Origin: Maricaulis sp.
Lineage (GTDB): Bacteria > Pseudomonadota > Alphaproteobacteria > Caulobacterales > Maricaulaceae
DNA: 64,000 nt
Direction of reading: 5' to 3'
Assembly: GCF_030149515.1 (NCBI RefSeq)
Contig: NZ_JASBRI010000015.1
Location: 15,477 to 79,476, forward strand
Part shown: in pieces, positions 29,678 to 39,883 of the stretch
Numbering within the stretch: the stretch's first letter is position 1
Layout: every line of letters begins with the position of its first letter
The notes under the pieces: model-generated
What the model saw: the letters and a program-made list of their open reading frames with translations, nothing else
Database searches by the model: none
What the model was told of the DNA's origin: nothing
Program-made: the position numbers and the translations under genes

Positions 29678-30946
29678 ATGGGAGAGGACCAGACGGTGAT
29701 CATTGCGGGTGCAGGCCAGGCCGGCGGCCAGTGCGCAGCCTCGCTGCGGCGCAATGGCTGGACCGGCCGCATCCTCCTCGCCGGGGCCGAACCGCACCCG
29801 CCCTATCAGCGCCCGCCCCTCTCCAAGGCCTATCTGGCCGGCGAGATCGGCGAGGACCGGCTGTGGCTGCAGCCGCGGGAAACCTGGGCCGACCAGAACG
29901 TCGACCTGCGCCTGGGCGTCACCGCCACGGCCATCGACCGCTCGGCGAAGACGGTCGCTTTCGACGATGGCCGCACCGAACATTACGACCATCTCGTCCT
30001 GGCCACCGGATCGCGGGTGCGCACCCTGCCCGTGCCGGGCGCCGGTCTGGAGGGTGTGCGCTATCTACGCACCATCGCCGATGTCGATCAGCTCAGGGCG
30101 GACGTCACGCCGGACAAGCGTATCGCCATTATAGGCGGCGGCTATATCGGCCTGGAAGCCGCCGCGGTGGCGAAAAAACTGGGCGCCAGACCCGTCGTCT
30201 TCGAGGCGATGGACCGGCTTCTCGCGCGCGTCGCCGTGCCCGAACTCTCGCAATACTATCTCGACACCCACCGCGCTCACGGCGTCACCGTGGAACTGGG
30301 CGCCCAGGTCGCCGAAATCTCCGGCAAGGGTGGCGGGCTGTTCGGCGGCAAGAAGCGCGTCGCGACCGTCCGGCTCGCCGACGGGCGCTCGTTCGAGTGC
30401 GACAGTGTGCTGGTGGGCATCGGCATCCTGCCCAATCAGGAAATCGCGACCGGGGCCGGCCTGGCCACGGATAACGGCATACGGATCGATGCCGAATGCC
30501 GCACGGCGGATCCGGCCATCTACGCCATCGGCGATTGCGCGGAACAGGAAAACTGGCTGACGGGCACCCGCGTGCGCCTGGAATCCGTGCCCAACGCGCT
30601 GGAACAGGCCAAACACGCGGCTGCCGCCATCTGCGGCACGCCTGCGCCGAGGCCGGACGTGCCCTGGTTCTGGTCCGACCAGTTCGATCTCAAACTCCAG
30701 ACCGCCGGCCTTGTCGGCCAGCAGGACACCACGCTGCGCCGCCGCCCGGCCGACACCGAAGCCGGTCATTTTTCGCTCTTCCATCTGAAGGACGGCGTCC
30801 TCATCGCCGCCGATTGCGTCAATGACGCGCACGGTTTCATGGCGGCCAAGGCAATGATCGCCGCGCGGGCCAAGCCGGATCAGGCCGATCTGGTGAACCC
30901 GGACGTGCCGATGAAGGATGTGATGAAGGCGGCACTGGGGAGATAG
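29678..30946 (+). CDS. FAD/NAD-dependent ferredoxin reductase (putidaredoxin/rhodocoxin reductase-like)
   Basis: GAGQAG, PYQRPPLSK, LATGS, GGGYIGLE, AIGDCA, RLES, PWFWSDQ. Confidence 0.92.
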   Translation: MGEDQTVIIAGAGQAGGQCAASLRRNGWTGRILLAGAEPHPPYQRPPLSKAYLAGEIGEDRLWLQPRETWADQNVDLRLGVTATAIDRSAKTVAFDDGRTEHYDHLVLATGSRVRTLPVPGAGLEGVRYLRTIADVDQLRADVTPDKRIAIIGGGYIGLEAAAVAKKLGARPVVFEAMDRLLARVAVPELSQYYLDTHRAHGVTVELGAQVAEISGKGGGLFGGKKRVATVRLADGRSFECDSVLVGIGILPNQEIATGAGLATDNGIRIDAECRTADPAIYAIGDCAEQENWLTGTRVRLESVPNALEQAKHAAAAICGTPAPRPDVPWFWSDQFDLKLQTAGLVGQQDTTLRRRPADTEAGHFSLFHLKDGVLIAADCVNDAHGFMAAKAMIAARAKPDQADLVNPDVPMKDVMKAALGR

Positions 30947-31087
30947 GTAGCAAAACGGACACCGCCCCGGCGGCGCGATCGCGATCGTGCCTCAGGGCGA
31001 AAACCGGCACGTCTCCCCGTTTTTCCCGAAAGAGCCCACCCCTGTGGAACATCAGCAGGCGTCTTTGACACTTCTTCAGCAGAAAAA

Positions 31088-31165
31088 TGGTCGGAGCGGC
31101 GAGATTTGAACTCGCGACCCCCGGTCCCCCAGACCGGTGCGCTAACCGGGCTGCGCCACGCTCCG
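31088..31165 (-). tRNA. tRNA-Pro (GGG)
   Basis: CGGAGCG acceptor stem, anticodon arm CCGGT-CTGGGGG-ACCGG, TTCAAAT T-loop, encoded CCA. Confidence 0.96.
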
Positions 31166-31272
31166 ACACTCTTGTTTGGACGGGCGGGCCCGTCCGATGG
31201 GGAGGCCGGTTATAGGGTGAGGTTTGCCGGTCCGCAACCGCCCCGTCAGCGCAAACTGCGCCGGGCCGGCGA

Positions 31273-31719
31273 TTACGGTTCCAGCACTGATTTCAGCTTG
31301 GCACGTGCGCCTTCCAGCTCGTCGATAATGTCTGCCAGCTGGCGCTGGGGCGCATCTGCCGGGCGCGGCCTGGCGGGCCGGGGGCGTTCGGGCGTTTCAC
31401 GGTCGGCTGCATCGACGGCCAGGGGACCCTTCCCGGCCGCACCGGCTCCGAGATCGATCACGGTGGCCACGCCATTGTCCTTGATGAATTTCCGGGCGCC
31501 CTTGATGGTGAAACCGTCCTCGTAGAGGAGGCGTTTCACGCCGCGCAGCAATTGCAGGTCCTGGGGCCGGTAGAAACGCCGCCCGCCGGCCCGTTTGAGG
31601 GGGCTGATCTGGGGAAACTTGCTTTCCCAGAAACGGAGTACATGGGCGGGAACGCCGATTTCCTCGGCGGCCTCGGATATGGTCCGGAAAGCTTCCGGCG
31701 ATTTCTTGCTGAGCGACAT
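31273..31719 (-). CDS. MerR family transcriptional regulator (ihfA-associated)
   Basis: [36 protein letters not shown]. Confidence 0.92.
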   Translation of the reverse strand: MSLSKKSPEAFRTISEAAEEIGVPAHVLRFWESKFPQISPLKRAGGRRFYRPQDLQLLRGVKRLLYEDGFTIKGARKFIKDNGVATVIDLGAGAAGKGPLAVDAADRETPERPRPARPRPADAPQRQLADIIDELEGARAKLKSVLEP

Positions 31720-31750
31720 GTTCATACCGCGTCAGCTCCGGCTCTGCCCC

Positions 31751-32056
31751 CTAATCCTTCGACAGGGCCGAGTCGACGCGCTCCTTCAAGACTTGCGACG
31801 GTTTGAACACCAGGACGCGGCGCGCCTCAATCGGCACTTCCACACCGGTCTTCGGGTTACGCCCGACACGCCCCCGTTTGTCCCTCAACAGGAAGGATCC
31901 GAAGGAGGACAATTTCACGTTCTCGCCTTCGGCCAGCGTGTCCGACACCAGAGTCAGGACCGATTGCACCAGATCCGCCGACTCCTGCCGCGACAGACCG
32001 ACTTCCTGATAAACCGCCTCAGCCAGATCTGCTCGCGTTAAGGTTTTGTCCGACAT
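31751..32056 (-). CDS. ihfA: Integration host factor alpha subunit
   Basis: [31 protein letters not shown]. Confidence 0.97.
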   Translation of the reverse strand: MSDKTLTRADLAEAVYQEVGLSRQESADLVQSVLTLVSDTLAEGENVKLSSFGSFLLRDKRGRVGRNPKTGVEVPIEARRVLVFKPSQVLKERVDSALSKD

Positions 32057-32080
32057 AGCCATCCCCTCATAGATGAGCAT

Positions 32081-32110
32081 AGGCTACGCCCGCACCCCCC
32101 ATATCGTCAA
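32081..32110 (-). promoter_or_regulatory. Putative sigma70 promoter of ihfA (TTGACG-N18-TAGCCT)
   Basis: Hexamers in the fabH-ihfA gap. Confidence 0.45.
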
Positions 32111-32153
32111 CGCCAAGGTCTTGGATAAATGCGATAATCGCGAAAATAACGCG

Positions 32154-33137
32154 CTAGAAGCGTGCCAGGGCGGCACCCCAGGTGAAACCGCCACCCAGTG
32201 CTTCCATCAAAACCAGGTCGCCACGCTTGATGCGCCCGTCCTGAACCGCCCGGTCGAAAGCCAGCGGAACCGAGGCCGCCGAGGTATTGCCATGATCGGC
32301 CACGGTGGAGATCACTTTCTCGGTCGGGATCGACAGGCGCTTGGCCACGCCTTCCAGGATGCGCTGATTGGCCTGGTGCGGCACGAACCAGTCGATATCG
32401 GCGATCGCCACGCCTGCCCTGTCGGCGATCGTGGTCATCGACTCCGCGATATTGGTGATGGCGTGCCGGAAGACCTGGTTGCCGATCATGCGCAGGTGCC
32501 CCACGGTCCCGGTCGAGGACGGCCCGCCATCGACATGGAGCAGGTCCTTGAAACGCCCGTCCGAGCGCAAATAGGTGCCAAGGATACCGGTTCGGGCCTC
32601 GTCCGAATTGTCGGAGCTTTGATCCGCCGTCAGCACCATCGCGCCCGCGCCGTCGCCGAACAGGACACAGGTCGACCGGTCGGTCCAGTCGAGAATGCGT
32701 GACATCGTCTCCGCGCCGACCACCAGGGCCGTCCCGGCCTGGCCCCGCGCGATCATGTTGTCAGCGACCGAAAGCGCATAGACAAAGCCGGTACACACGG
32801 CCTGGACGTCGAATGCCGCGCCCTTCGTGGCACCCAGCCGCGCCTGCAGCATGGTGCCCACCGAGGGAAAGGTGAAATCCGGTGTCGTGGTGGCGACCAC
32901 GATCAGATCGACCGCCTCCGGCGCAATGCCGGCATCGTCGAGCGCGCGCCGCGCCGCCTGTTCGGCCAGATCGGCGGTCGTCACCCCTTCCGGTGCGATA
33001 TGACGCTGGCGAATACCCGTACGCTCGCGAATCCAGCTGTCGCTGGTATCCACCATGCGCGAGAGTTCGTCATTGGTGAGAATACGGTCGGGGAGCCACG
33101 CCCCGACACCGGCAATACGCGCCAAACGCTCAGTCAT
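32154..33137 (-). CDS. fabH: 3-oxoacyl-ACP synthase III
   Basis: DTSDSWI, AVCTGF, LFGDGAGA, PHQAN, GNTSAAS, GGGFTWG. Confidence 0.97.
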   Translation of the reverse strand: MTERLARIAGVGAWLPDRILTNDELSRMVDTSDSWIRERTGIRQRHIAPEGVTTADLAEQAARRALDDAGIAPEAVDLIVVATTTPDFTFPSVGTMLQARLGATKGAAFDVQAVCTGFVYALSVADNMIARGQAGTALVVGAETMSRILDWTDRSTCVLFGDGAGAMVLTADQSSDNSDEARTGILGTYLRSDGRFKDLLHVDGGPSSTGTVGHLRMIGNQVFRHAITNIAESMTTIADRAGVAIADIDWFVPHQANQRILEGVAKRLSIPTEKVISTVADHGNTSAASVPLAFDRAVQDGRIKRGDLVLMEALGGGFTWGAALARF

Positions 33138-34189
33138 GAGGCCGCAGCGACATCCTGTTCTTCAAACTGGGCAAACTTGTCGAGATTCTTGCGGATCTCC
33201 GCCATGAAATCACTCTTTGCCATGACATAGGCCAGACCGAGTGCGGAGGCGAAGCCTTCGCCGTCGGCACCGCCATGGCTTTTCACCACGATCCCCTTGA
33301 GACCGAGGAGGACACCGCCGTTGATATAGCGCGGATCCATACGCTGGCGCAGGCGATCGAGCGCGCCCAAGGATAGCAGGCCGGCCGCAAGTTTGGCGAG
33401 CAGGGAACTTGTCAGCGCCTCTCGCACCCAGCCGGCCACCAGGCGCGCCGTGCCTTCGGCGGTCTTGAGCGCGATATTGCCGGTGAATCCGTCGGTAACG
33501 ACGACATCGATATCGCCAGCGGAGATATCATTGCCCTCGATGAAGCCCTTGTAGGCGATATCCAGGCCGGACGAGCGGATCAGCTGGTCTGCCTCGCGCA
33601 CCGTGTCATTGCCCTTGAGTTCTTCCTGGCCGACATTCAACAGGCCGACGCTGGGCGCATCGCCGCCGAAAACGGCCCGGTGGTAGGCCTCGCCCATAAT
33701 GGCGAATTCGACCAGCTGGGTCGCACCGCACTGCACATTCGCACCGACGTCCAGAACCACGGTATGCCCTTTGGGAGTCGGCCAATTTGCTGAGATTGCA
33801 GGACGATGCACCCCCTTCTTCATGCGCAGGATAACTTTGGAAATGGCCATCAGCGCGCCGGTATTGCCCGAAGAAACGACGGCGCCCGCCTCGCCGGCCT
33901 TGACCGACTGGATGGCGTTCCACATCGAGGAACCGCGCGCCCGTCGGACGGCCTCCGAGGGCTTGTCGGTCATCTGCACGAGGGTCGCTGTGTGCCGCAG
34001 CTCGCAAACCGCCGCGACTTTCGGATTGGCCTTCAGCAACGGAGCCAGCTGGGCCTCGTCTCCATGCAGGAGGTATTTCGCCTGCCGGTCCGGCCATCGT
34101 TTCAGGGCAATTCCGATACCCTCGACAACCGCCTGAGGTCCGAGATCGCCCCCCATGGCGTCTATTGAGATCGTTGGAATACCTGTCAT
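33134..34189 (-). CDS. plsX: Phosphate acyltransferase
   Basis: DAMGGD, SSGNTGA, LDVGAN, LLNVGQE, DGFTGN, KSHG. Confidence 0.97.
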   Translation of the reverse strand: MTGIPTISIDAMGGDLGPQAVVEGIGIALKRWPDRQAKYLLHGDEAQLAPLLKANPKVAAVCELRHTATLVQMTDKPSEAVRRARGSSMWNAIQSVKAGEAGAVVSSGNTGALMAISKVILRMKKGVHRPAISANWPTPKGHTVVLDVGANVQCGATQLVEFAIMGEAYHRAVFGGDAPSVGLLNVGQEELKGNDTVREADQLIRSSGLDIAYKGFIEGNDISAGDIDVVVTDGFTGNIALKTAEGTARLVAGWVREALTSSLLAKLAAGLLSLGALDRLRQRMDPRYINGGVLLGLKGIVVKSHGGADGEGFASALGLAYVMAKSDFMAEIRKNLDKFAQFEEQDVAAAS

Positions 34190-34285
34190 GAGCTGCGGTT
34201 GTCAGTCCCTGGCAAAGGCGGCAGGCGCCGAACGCCCGCGGAACTTAGACCATGGTCGATGATATGCAAGGCGGCAAGACCGCGA

Positions 34286-34822
34286 TCAGGGCGCCGGAAA
34301 GGCAGGCTCCGCACCGCCGCACAGGGCCGCCGCACCCTGCCGGGACAGGGCCGCATCGGCCGACTTGACGTACAGGGCAAGGCGTTCCGCACGTGTATCC
34401 GGGGTCTCCGTGCCGAACGTGTTTCGCGCCAGCACGCTGCGCAGCGCAGCCCCGTCATCATCTGCTTCCAGAGCCTCCCGGAGTGCAGTTGTGCGGCCGT
34501 AAAACCCCTCGGCCATGAAGCGAATCTTCTTTCCGACCGCCGAATCCCCGACCCCGAGTTCACGCATCGCCGCATCGAAATCGTCGAACATCGTGTCGAA
34601 CAGGGCCTGACTGACCGACCGGGCCCGCTCCCCGCCCGATGCCTGCAGCACCAGCACGACCAGTGCCGTATGCAGCACGACGAGCTCGAAACGGCCCTCG
34701 ATCGTGTCGTCGACGCCAGTCTCTCCATACAGCGCGGGCTGGCGGGCAGCCCGCACGATCGCGGCATGAAGCGCCCGGGCGGCACGCTTTTCGGGCTTCG
34801 GAGCGAACAGGCGGTGAAACAT
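34286..34822 (-). CDS. Ubiquinol-cytochrome c chaperone (Cbp3 family)
   Basis: ARQPALY, DTIEGRFE, RELGVGD, FYGR; typical position next to bamE and plsX. Confidence 0.88.
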   Translation of the reverse strand: MFHRLFAPKPEKRAARALHAAIVRAARQPALYGETGVDDTIEGRFELVVLHTALVVLVLQASGGERARSVSQALFDTMFDDFDAAMRELGVGDSAVGKKIRFMAEGFYGRTTALREALEADDDGAALRSVLARNTFGTETPDTRAERLALYVKSADAALSRQGAAALCGGAEPAFPAP

Positions 34823-34944
34823 GTGATTATGGGCTCCCAACAATCGGCGCTTGAAGCTAAGCTCCGCCTTCGTTAGGTCAAGACATCGGTCACAGGGCGC
34901 GTCTGCCCGCCTGCGGCTGCCCTGTCGGATGGAGTTCGAACTTG

Positions 34945-35439
34945 ATGAAGCGTCGCCTCGCCCTGCCCCTCCTGGTTCTGGCCTGCGCAGCCGGTGTGTC
35001 GGCGTGCAACCCGGTCCTGCGCTCGCACGGCTATCGCTATGCGCTCCAGGAAGAACCCAACATCACCCCGGCCGAGGACACGCAGGACACCGTCCTGGCC
35101 CGTCTGGGCAATCCCTCGACCCGCGGCACGTTCGAACAGGACACCTGGTATTATATTTCCTCGACCCGCGAGAGCCTGGCCTATCTGCGCCCGGTCACGC
35201 GCGACCGACGCATCATCGCCGTGAGCTTCGACGATGCCGGCGTGGTCTCCGCAGTCAACGAATACTCGCTCGAGGACGGCCGCGTGGTCGCCTATGCCGG
35301 CCGTGAAACCCCGACGCGCGGCCGCGAGCTCACCTTCCTCGAACAAGTGCTCGGCAATGTCGGCCGCCTGCCCTCCGAGCAGTTCGGCGGCGAACAGAAC
35401 CTGCCGGGCGGCGCCGGCGGCCCGCGCCGCAACGAATAG
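34945..35439 (+). CDS. bamE: Outer membrane assembly lipoprotein BamE
   Basis: Lipobox VSAC, HGY, LGNPST, WYYIS, TPTRGRE. Confidence 0.9.
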   Translation: MKRRLALPLLVLACAAGVSACNPVLRSHGYRYALQEEPNITPAEDTQDTVLARLGNPSTRGTFEQDTWYYISSTRESLAYLRPVTRDRRIIAVSFDDAGVVSAVNEYSLEDGRVVAYAGRETPTRGRELTFLEQVLGNVGRLPSEQFGGEQNLPGGAGGPRRNE

Positions 35440-35463
35440 TCGCAAGATTGAATTCGGCAAGAG

Positions 35464-35493
35464 AGCCCCGGTGGAAACACCGGGGCTTTTTTC
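35464..35493 (+). terminator. bamE intrinsic terminator
   Basis: AGCCCCGGTG-gaaa-CACCGGGGCT followed by a T-run. Confidence 0.85.
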
Positions 35494-35514
35494 TTCCGGA
35501 GCTGCCAAGGCGCA

Positions 35515-35549
35515 AACAAAAAGCCCCGGTCCTGACCGACCGGGGCTTT
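35515..35549 (-). terminator. hppA intrinsic terminator
   Basis: AAAGCCCCGGTC-ctgacc-GACCGGGGCTTT with a T-rich tail on the minus strand. Confidence 0.82.
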
Positions 35550-35572
35550 CCAGTTTCACGATCAATTGTCTG

Positions 35573-37666
35573 CTAGGCGGCGTTCGCCAGGAAGGCCAGC
35601 AGCAGCAATGCCACGATATTCGTGATCTTGATCATCGGGTTCACGGCCGGACCGGCCGTGTCCTTGTAGGGATCGCCCACCGTATCGCCCGTCACCGAGG
35701 CCTTGTGGGCTTCCGACCCCTTGCCGCCGTGATGGCCGTCTTCGATGTATTTCTTGGCATTGTCCCAGGCACCGCCGCCAACGGTCATGGAGACCGCGAC
35801 GAACAGGCCGTTGACGATCACACCGAGCAGCATTGCGCCCACCGCCGCGAGCGCTGAGGCCTGATCGGCAATACCCAGGATCACGAAGTACAGCACGATC
35901 GGCGACAGGACGGGCAGCAGCGAGGGCACGATCATTTCGCGGATCGCCGCCTTGGTCAGGATGTCCACGGCCTTGCCGTAGTCAGGCTTGGCCTTGAACT
36001 CCATGATGCCCGGGATTTCCTTGAACTGCCGGCGCACTTCGGCCACGACCGCCGTAGCCGCACGGCCCACGGCCATCATCGACATGCCGCCGAACAGGTA
36101 GGGCAACAGCCCGCCGAACAGCAGACCGACGATGACATAGGGGTTTTCGAGCGAGAAATTCGGCTCGATCCCCAGGAGGTGTTCGACATCAGTCGTGTAG
36201 GCGGCGAACAGCACCAGGGCGCCCAGTCCGGCCGACCCGATGGCATAGCCCTTGGTCACGGCCTTGGTGGTATTGCCCACGGCATCCAGCGTGTCAGTCG
36301 TCTCGCGCACGCTGTCATCCAGCCCCGCCATCTCGGCAATCCCGCCGGCATTGTCGGTGACCGGACCGAAGGCGTCGAGCGCAACGATCATGCCGGCCAG
36401 CGCCAGCATGGTGGTCACCGCGATGGCGATACCGAACAGGCCGGCCAGGTTATAGGTCGCAACGATGCCGACGATGATGATCAGCGCCGGAAGCGCGGTC
36501 GCCTCCAGCGACACGGCCAGACCCTGGATCACATTCGTGCCGTGACCCGACTCGGACGCCCGCGCGACCGATTTCACCGGCCGGAAGCCCGTGCCGGTAT
36601 AGTATTCGGTGACCCAGATGATCGCCGCCGTCACGATGAGGCCGATAATGCCCGAGAAGAACAGGTTCTGGCCCGTGATCATACGCTCGCCGACCATGCC
36701 GATCTCGCCCATGCCCGCGGGAAGCGCGTACTGGGTGACCAGCCAGAGACCGCCGATCGACAGCACGCCGGCCACGACCAGCCCCTTGTAGAGGGCGCCC
36801 ATGACATTGTTGGACTTGCCCATCGAGACGAAGAAGGTGCCGATGATCGATGTCACGATGCACACCGCGGCGATCGCCAGCGGATAGATCATCATCGTCG
36901 TGCCCAGCTCGCCGGCAAAGAAGATCGAGGCCAGCACCATGGTGGCCACGACGGTCACGGCATAGGTCTCGAACAGGTCGGCCGCCATGCCGGCACAGTC
37001 GCCGACATTGTCGCCCACATTGTCGGCGATGGTCGCGGCGTTGCGCGGATCGTCTTCGGGAATGCCCGCCTCGATCTTGCCGACCATGTCACCGCCGACA
37101 TCCGCACCCTTGGTGAAGATGCCGCCGCCCAGACGGGCGAAGATCGAGATCAGAGAGGCCCCGAAGCCGAGCGCCACAAGGGCGTCGATCACCGTGCGGC
37201 TGGCACTGTCATGGCCCATCGCACCGGTCAGGATCCAGTAATAGCCCGCGACCCCGAGCAGGGCGAGACCCGCCACAAGCATGCCGGTCACCGCGCCGGA
37301 GCGGAAGGCGATCTTCAGGCCGGCCGCCAGACTGGTCGATGCCGCCTGGGTGGTGCGCACATTGGCGCGCACAGAGACGAGCATGCCGATGAAGCCGGCA
37401 GCGCCGGACAGGATGGCCCCGACCGCGAAGCCGAGCGCGACCTCCCAGCTCAGGAAGATGGCGATCAGGATACAGACGACGATCCCGACGATGGCGATGG
37501 TGGTGTATTGGCGCTTGAGATATGCGTTCGCGCCTTCCTGGATGGCCGATGCGATCTCCTGCATCTTCTCCGTGCCCGCGCTCGCACTCATCAGCCTCTG
37601 GGTCTGAACGACCCCGTAGACGATGGCGAGCACGGCTGCCGCAATGGCCAATAAAAGCATGTTCAT
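35573..37666 (-). CDS. hppA: Membrane-bound H+-translocating pyrophosphatase, K+-independent type
   Basis: [35 protein letters not shown] (Lys variant), [10 protein letters not shown]. Confidence 0.95.
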   Translation of the reverse strand: MNMLLLAIAAAVLAIVYGVVQTQRLMSASAGTEKMQEIASAIQEGANAYLKRQYTTIAIVGIVVCILIAIFLSWEVALGFAVGAILSGAAGFIGMLVSVRANVRTTQAASTSLAAGLKIAFRSGAVTGMLVAGLALLGVAGYYWILTGAMGHDSASRTVIDALVALGFGASLISIFARLGGGIFTKGADVGGDMVGKIEAGIPEDDPRNAATIADNVGDNVGDCAGMAADLFETYAVTVVATMVLASIFFAGELGTTMMIYPLAIAAVCIVTSIIGTFFVSMGKSNNVMGALYKGLVVAGVLSIGGLWLVTQYALPAGMGEIGMVGERMITGQNLFFSGIIGLIVTAAIIWVTEYYTGTGFRPVKSVARASESGHGTNVIQGLAVSLEATALPALIIIVGIVATYNLAGLFGIAIAVTTMLALAGMIVALDAFGPVTDNAGGIAEMAGLDDSVRETTDTLDAVGNTTKAVTKGYAIGSAGLGALVLFAAYTTDVEHLLGIEPNFSLENPYVIVGLLFGGLLPYLFGGMSMMAVGRAATAVVAEVRRQFKEIPGIMEFKAKPDYGKAVDILTKAAIREMIVPSLLPVLSPIVLYFVILGIADQASALAAVGAMLLGVIVNGLFVAVSMTVGGGAWDNAKKYIEDGHHGGKGSEAHKASVTGDTVGDPYKDTAGPAVNPMIKITNIVALLLLAFLANAA

Positions 37667-37786
37667 GGCTTCCAGCCCCGTTTCTTCACTTCGCTTTGGT
37701 CTTGGAAGGAAAAGGGGGAAGCATACGCGTGAGAACCACGCCGACCTTCTGCATGTCCCCCGCTTCTTCTTATTGTTGTTGCGGGG

Positions 37787-37815
37787 ACTATGCCCAAGTC
37801 ATGAGGGCGGCGCAA
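37787..37815 (-). promoter_or_regulatory. Putative sigma70 promoter of hppA (TTGCGC-N17-CATAGT)
   Basis: Hexamer pair with a 17-nt spacer, about 120 nt upstream of the ATG. Confidence 0.5.
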
Positions 37816-37868
37816 CAGACCGTCTTTGATCTGTAAAATCAGCCTGTTGAAAAGCGAATGCCGGAATG

Positions 37869-38381
37869 TCAGCGGTCGAAGAGCCGCGTGTCCGCGCTGC
37901 GAATCTCCAGACGGTCGATTGCATTGGCGCCGTAAAGGTCCTGCAGGACGCCGCGCCACACATCCAGGGCCCGTTCGCGGTTCAGCGCCTGGCCGCGCTC
38001 ATCCCCGACCGGTGTGCGGTATGACGCCCGAACCAGGGCGTCCAGCGCGTAGTGGGCATTCTCCTGCATGGTCCAGACATTCTGTCCGTCCGCCGCGCGC
38101 AGGCGCATGCTGACATAGGCGAATCCGGTCAGGCGCCCGTCGACCGACAGGGGCACGACCAGGGCCGGCAAAGTGAAGGCGCGCGGATCGCTGTCATCCT
38201 CGATCTCCTCCTCCGGCTCGGCATCCCCGTCGGCCTCGGTCCGGTTGAAAATGAGCAGGAAACGGTTACCGCCGCCGGAGCCGGACGACCTGCGATCGTC
38301 GCCGCCACCGCCCCCGCCGCCCAGCGCCAGGGCACCGGATTGCAGGACAAGGCTCATCAGAATTGCCAGGATCAGACGCAT
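37869..38381 (-). CDS. Exported hypothetical protein, FliL-like C-terminal domain
   Basis: Signal peptide, Gly-rich and acidic linker, then FTLPALVVPL, YVSMRL, DALVR, which recall FliL-family folds. Family assignment is tentative. Confidence 0.6.
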   Translation of the reverse strand: MRLILAILMSLVLQSGALALGGGGGGGDDRRSSGSGGGNRFLLIFNRTEADGDAEPEEEIEDDSDPRAFTLPALVVPLSVDGRLTGFAYVSMRLRAADGQNVWTMQENAHYALDALVRASYRTPVGDERGQALNRERALDVWRGVLQDLYGANAIDRLEIRSADTRLFDR

Positions 38382-38421
38382 GCGGGCTTTCTCCATCCAT
38401 GACCAGGATGGCAGATCGGCC

Positions 38422-39390
38422 TCAAAAATGCGTAAACCCGCCGGCTCCGGCCTCCACGGGCCGGCCCGACCGGTCGCGCAGGCGAACACCCTCGCCCTCG
38501 CCGGCATGCCCGATCCGGGTCAGCGGCACTCCGGCTCTTCCGGCCAGGGCGTCGATCTCGCCGCGGCATTCGGCCGGAGCGGTGAAGAGGAGCTCGTAAT
38601 CGTCGCCCGCCGTCAGGAGGCGTACCAGACCGCGCTCACCGGCACTTTCCAGCCATGTCCCGGCATCCGCCGACAGCGGCACCGCCTCCGCATCGATCTC
38701 CATCGCGACCCCGCTGGCCCCGGCAAGGTGCCGGGCATCGGCGACCAGCCCGTCTGACACGTCGATGGCTGCGGTGGCGAGCCCGCGCAGCGCCCGGCCG
38801 AGCGCCAGGCGCGGCTCGGGGCACTCATAGCGATGCCGCAATGCGGCGGGAGCTCCGGCCTCGTCCTGCGCGGCAGCGAGGCCCAACGCCGCATCGCCGA
38901 TCGAACCGGACACCCACACATCCTCGCCCGCCCGGGCCCCTGCACGCGTCACTGCCCGGCCGTCCGGCACGGTGCCGATCAGGGTCAGCGTGACGGTCAA
39001 CGGACCTGGTGTGGAGGTTGTGTCGCCGCCGAGAAGGACACAGCCGAAGCGCTCCTGATCTCCGGCCCAGGCCGCCAGAAACCGGTCCTGCCAGGTCTCC
39101 GCAATATCCCGGGGCCAGGCGATGGCGCTGAGATAACCCAGCGGATCGGCCCCCATGGCGGCCAGGTCGGACAGATTGCTGCGCATCGCCCGCATGGCCG
39201 CCACTTCCGGCGGATCGGTCTGGAGAAAATGCACACCGGCGACAAGTGTGTCGCAGGCCAGCACCAGCTCGCAACCGGCTGGTGGATCAAGCACGGCGGC
39301 GTCATCGTTCAGACCGAGCGCCGCCTTGTGGTTCCGGGTCAGCGGGACCAGGCGTGTCCGGACAAGATCGAACTCGCCGCGCCTCGCCAT
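38422..39390 (-). CDS. thiL: Thiamine-monophosphate kinase
   Basis: GEFDLV, DDAA, GVHF, NLSDLAAMGA, GGDT, DVSDGL, GDDYELLF. Confidence 0.96.
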   Translation of the reverse strand: MARRGEFDLVRTRLVPLTRNHKAALGLNDDAAVLDPPAGCELVLACDTLVAGVHFLQTDPPEVAAMRAMRSNLSDLAAMGADPLGYLSAIAWPRDIAETWQDRFLAAWAGDQERFGCVLLGGDTTSTPGPLTVTLTLIGTVPDGRAVTRAGARAGEDVWVSGSIGDAALGLAAAQDEAGAPAALRHRYECPEPRLALGRALRGLATAAIDVSDGLVADARHLAGASGVAMEIDAEAVPLSADAGTWLESAGERGLVRLLTAGDDYELLFTAPAECRGEIDALAGRAGVPLTRIGHAGEGEGVRLRDRSGRPVEAGAGGFTHF

Positions 39391-39394
39391 GGCG

Positions 39395-39883
39395 TCAGAA
39401 TTCGTCCGGCCGGGCCTCGCGGGCGCACCGGTCGAGGGCGGCATTGACGAATTTCGGTTCGGAGCCCTCGAAGAAGGCATTGGCGACATCGATGTATTCG
39501 TCGATCACCACGCGGGCGGGCACGTCGATGCGCTCGAAAAGCTCATAGCCGGCGGCGCGCAGGATCGCGCGCACGGTGGAATCCAGCCGTTCCATACGCC
39601 AGCCATCGGCCAGGAGCCCGTCTATGGTGGGGTCCACCTTGGCCTGCTTGTCGACAACACCGGCCACCAGCGCCTCGAAGAAATCCTCGTCGGCCTCGAC
39701 GAACTCCTCGCCCTCGCCTGTGCTGCCGAAACGGTGATCGCGGAACTCGCGGATCACGGAACTGGCGCCGCGCCCGGCAATTTCCATCTGATAGAGTGCC
39801 TGCACGGCGGCCAGGCGCGCCGCACGGCGCAGACGGGCGCGGGCCTCGGACGGTGTTTCCTTGTGCTGTCTGGGCGCACTCAT
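39395..39883 (-). CDS. nusB: Transcription antitermination factor NusB
   Basis: ARLAAVQALYQ, VIDEY, FVNAALD. Confidence 0.96.
   Translation of the reverse strand: MSAPRQHKETPSEARARLRRAARLAAVQALYQMEIAGRGASSVIREFRDHRFGSTGEGEEFVEADEDFFEALVAGVVDKQAKVDPTIDGLLADGWRMERLDSTVRAILRAAGYELFERIDVPARVVIDEYIDVANAFFEGSEPKFVNAALDRCAREARPDEF

Noticed and set aside
30947-31165. tRNA-Pro 3' end as an island integration site
   Set aside because: No integrase, no duplicated tRNA 3' end and no compositional shift were seen.
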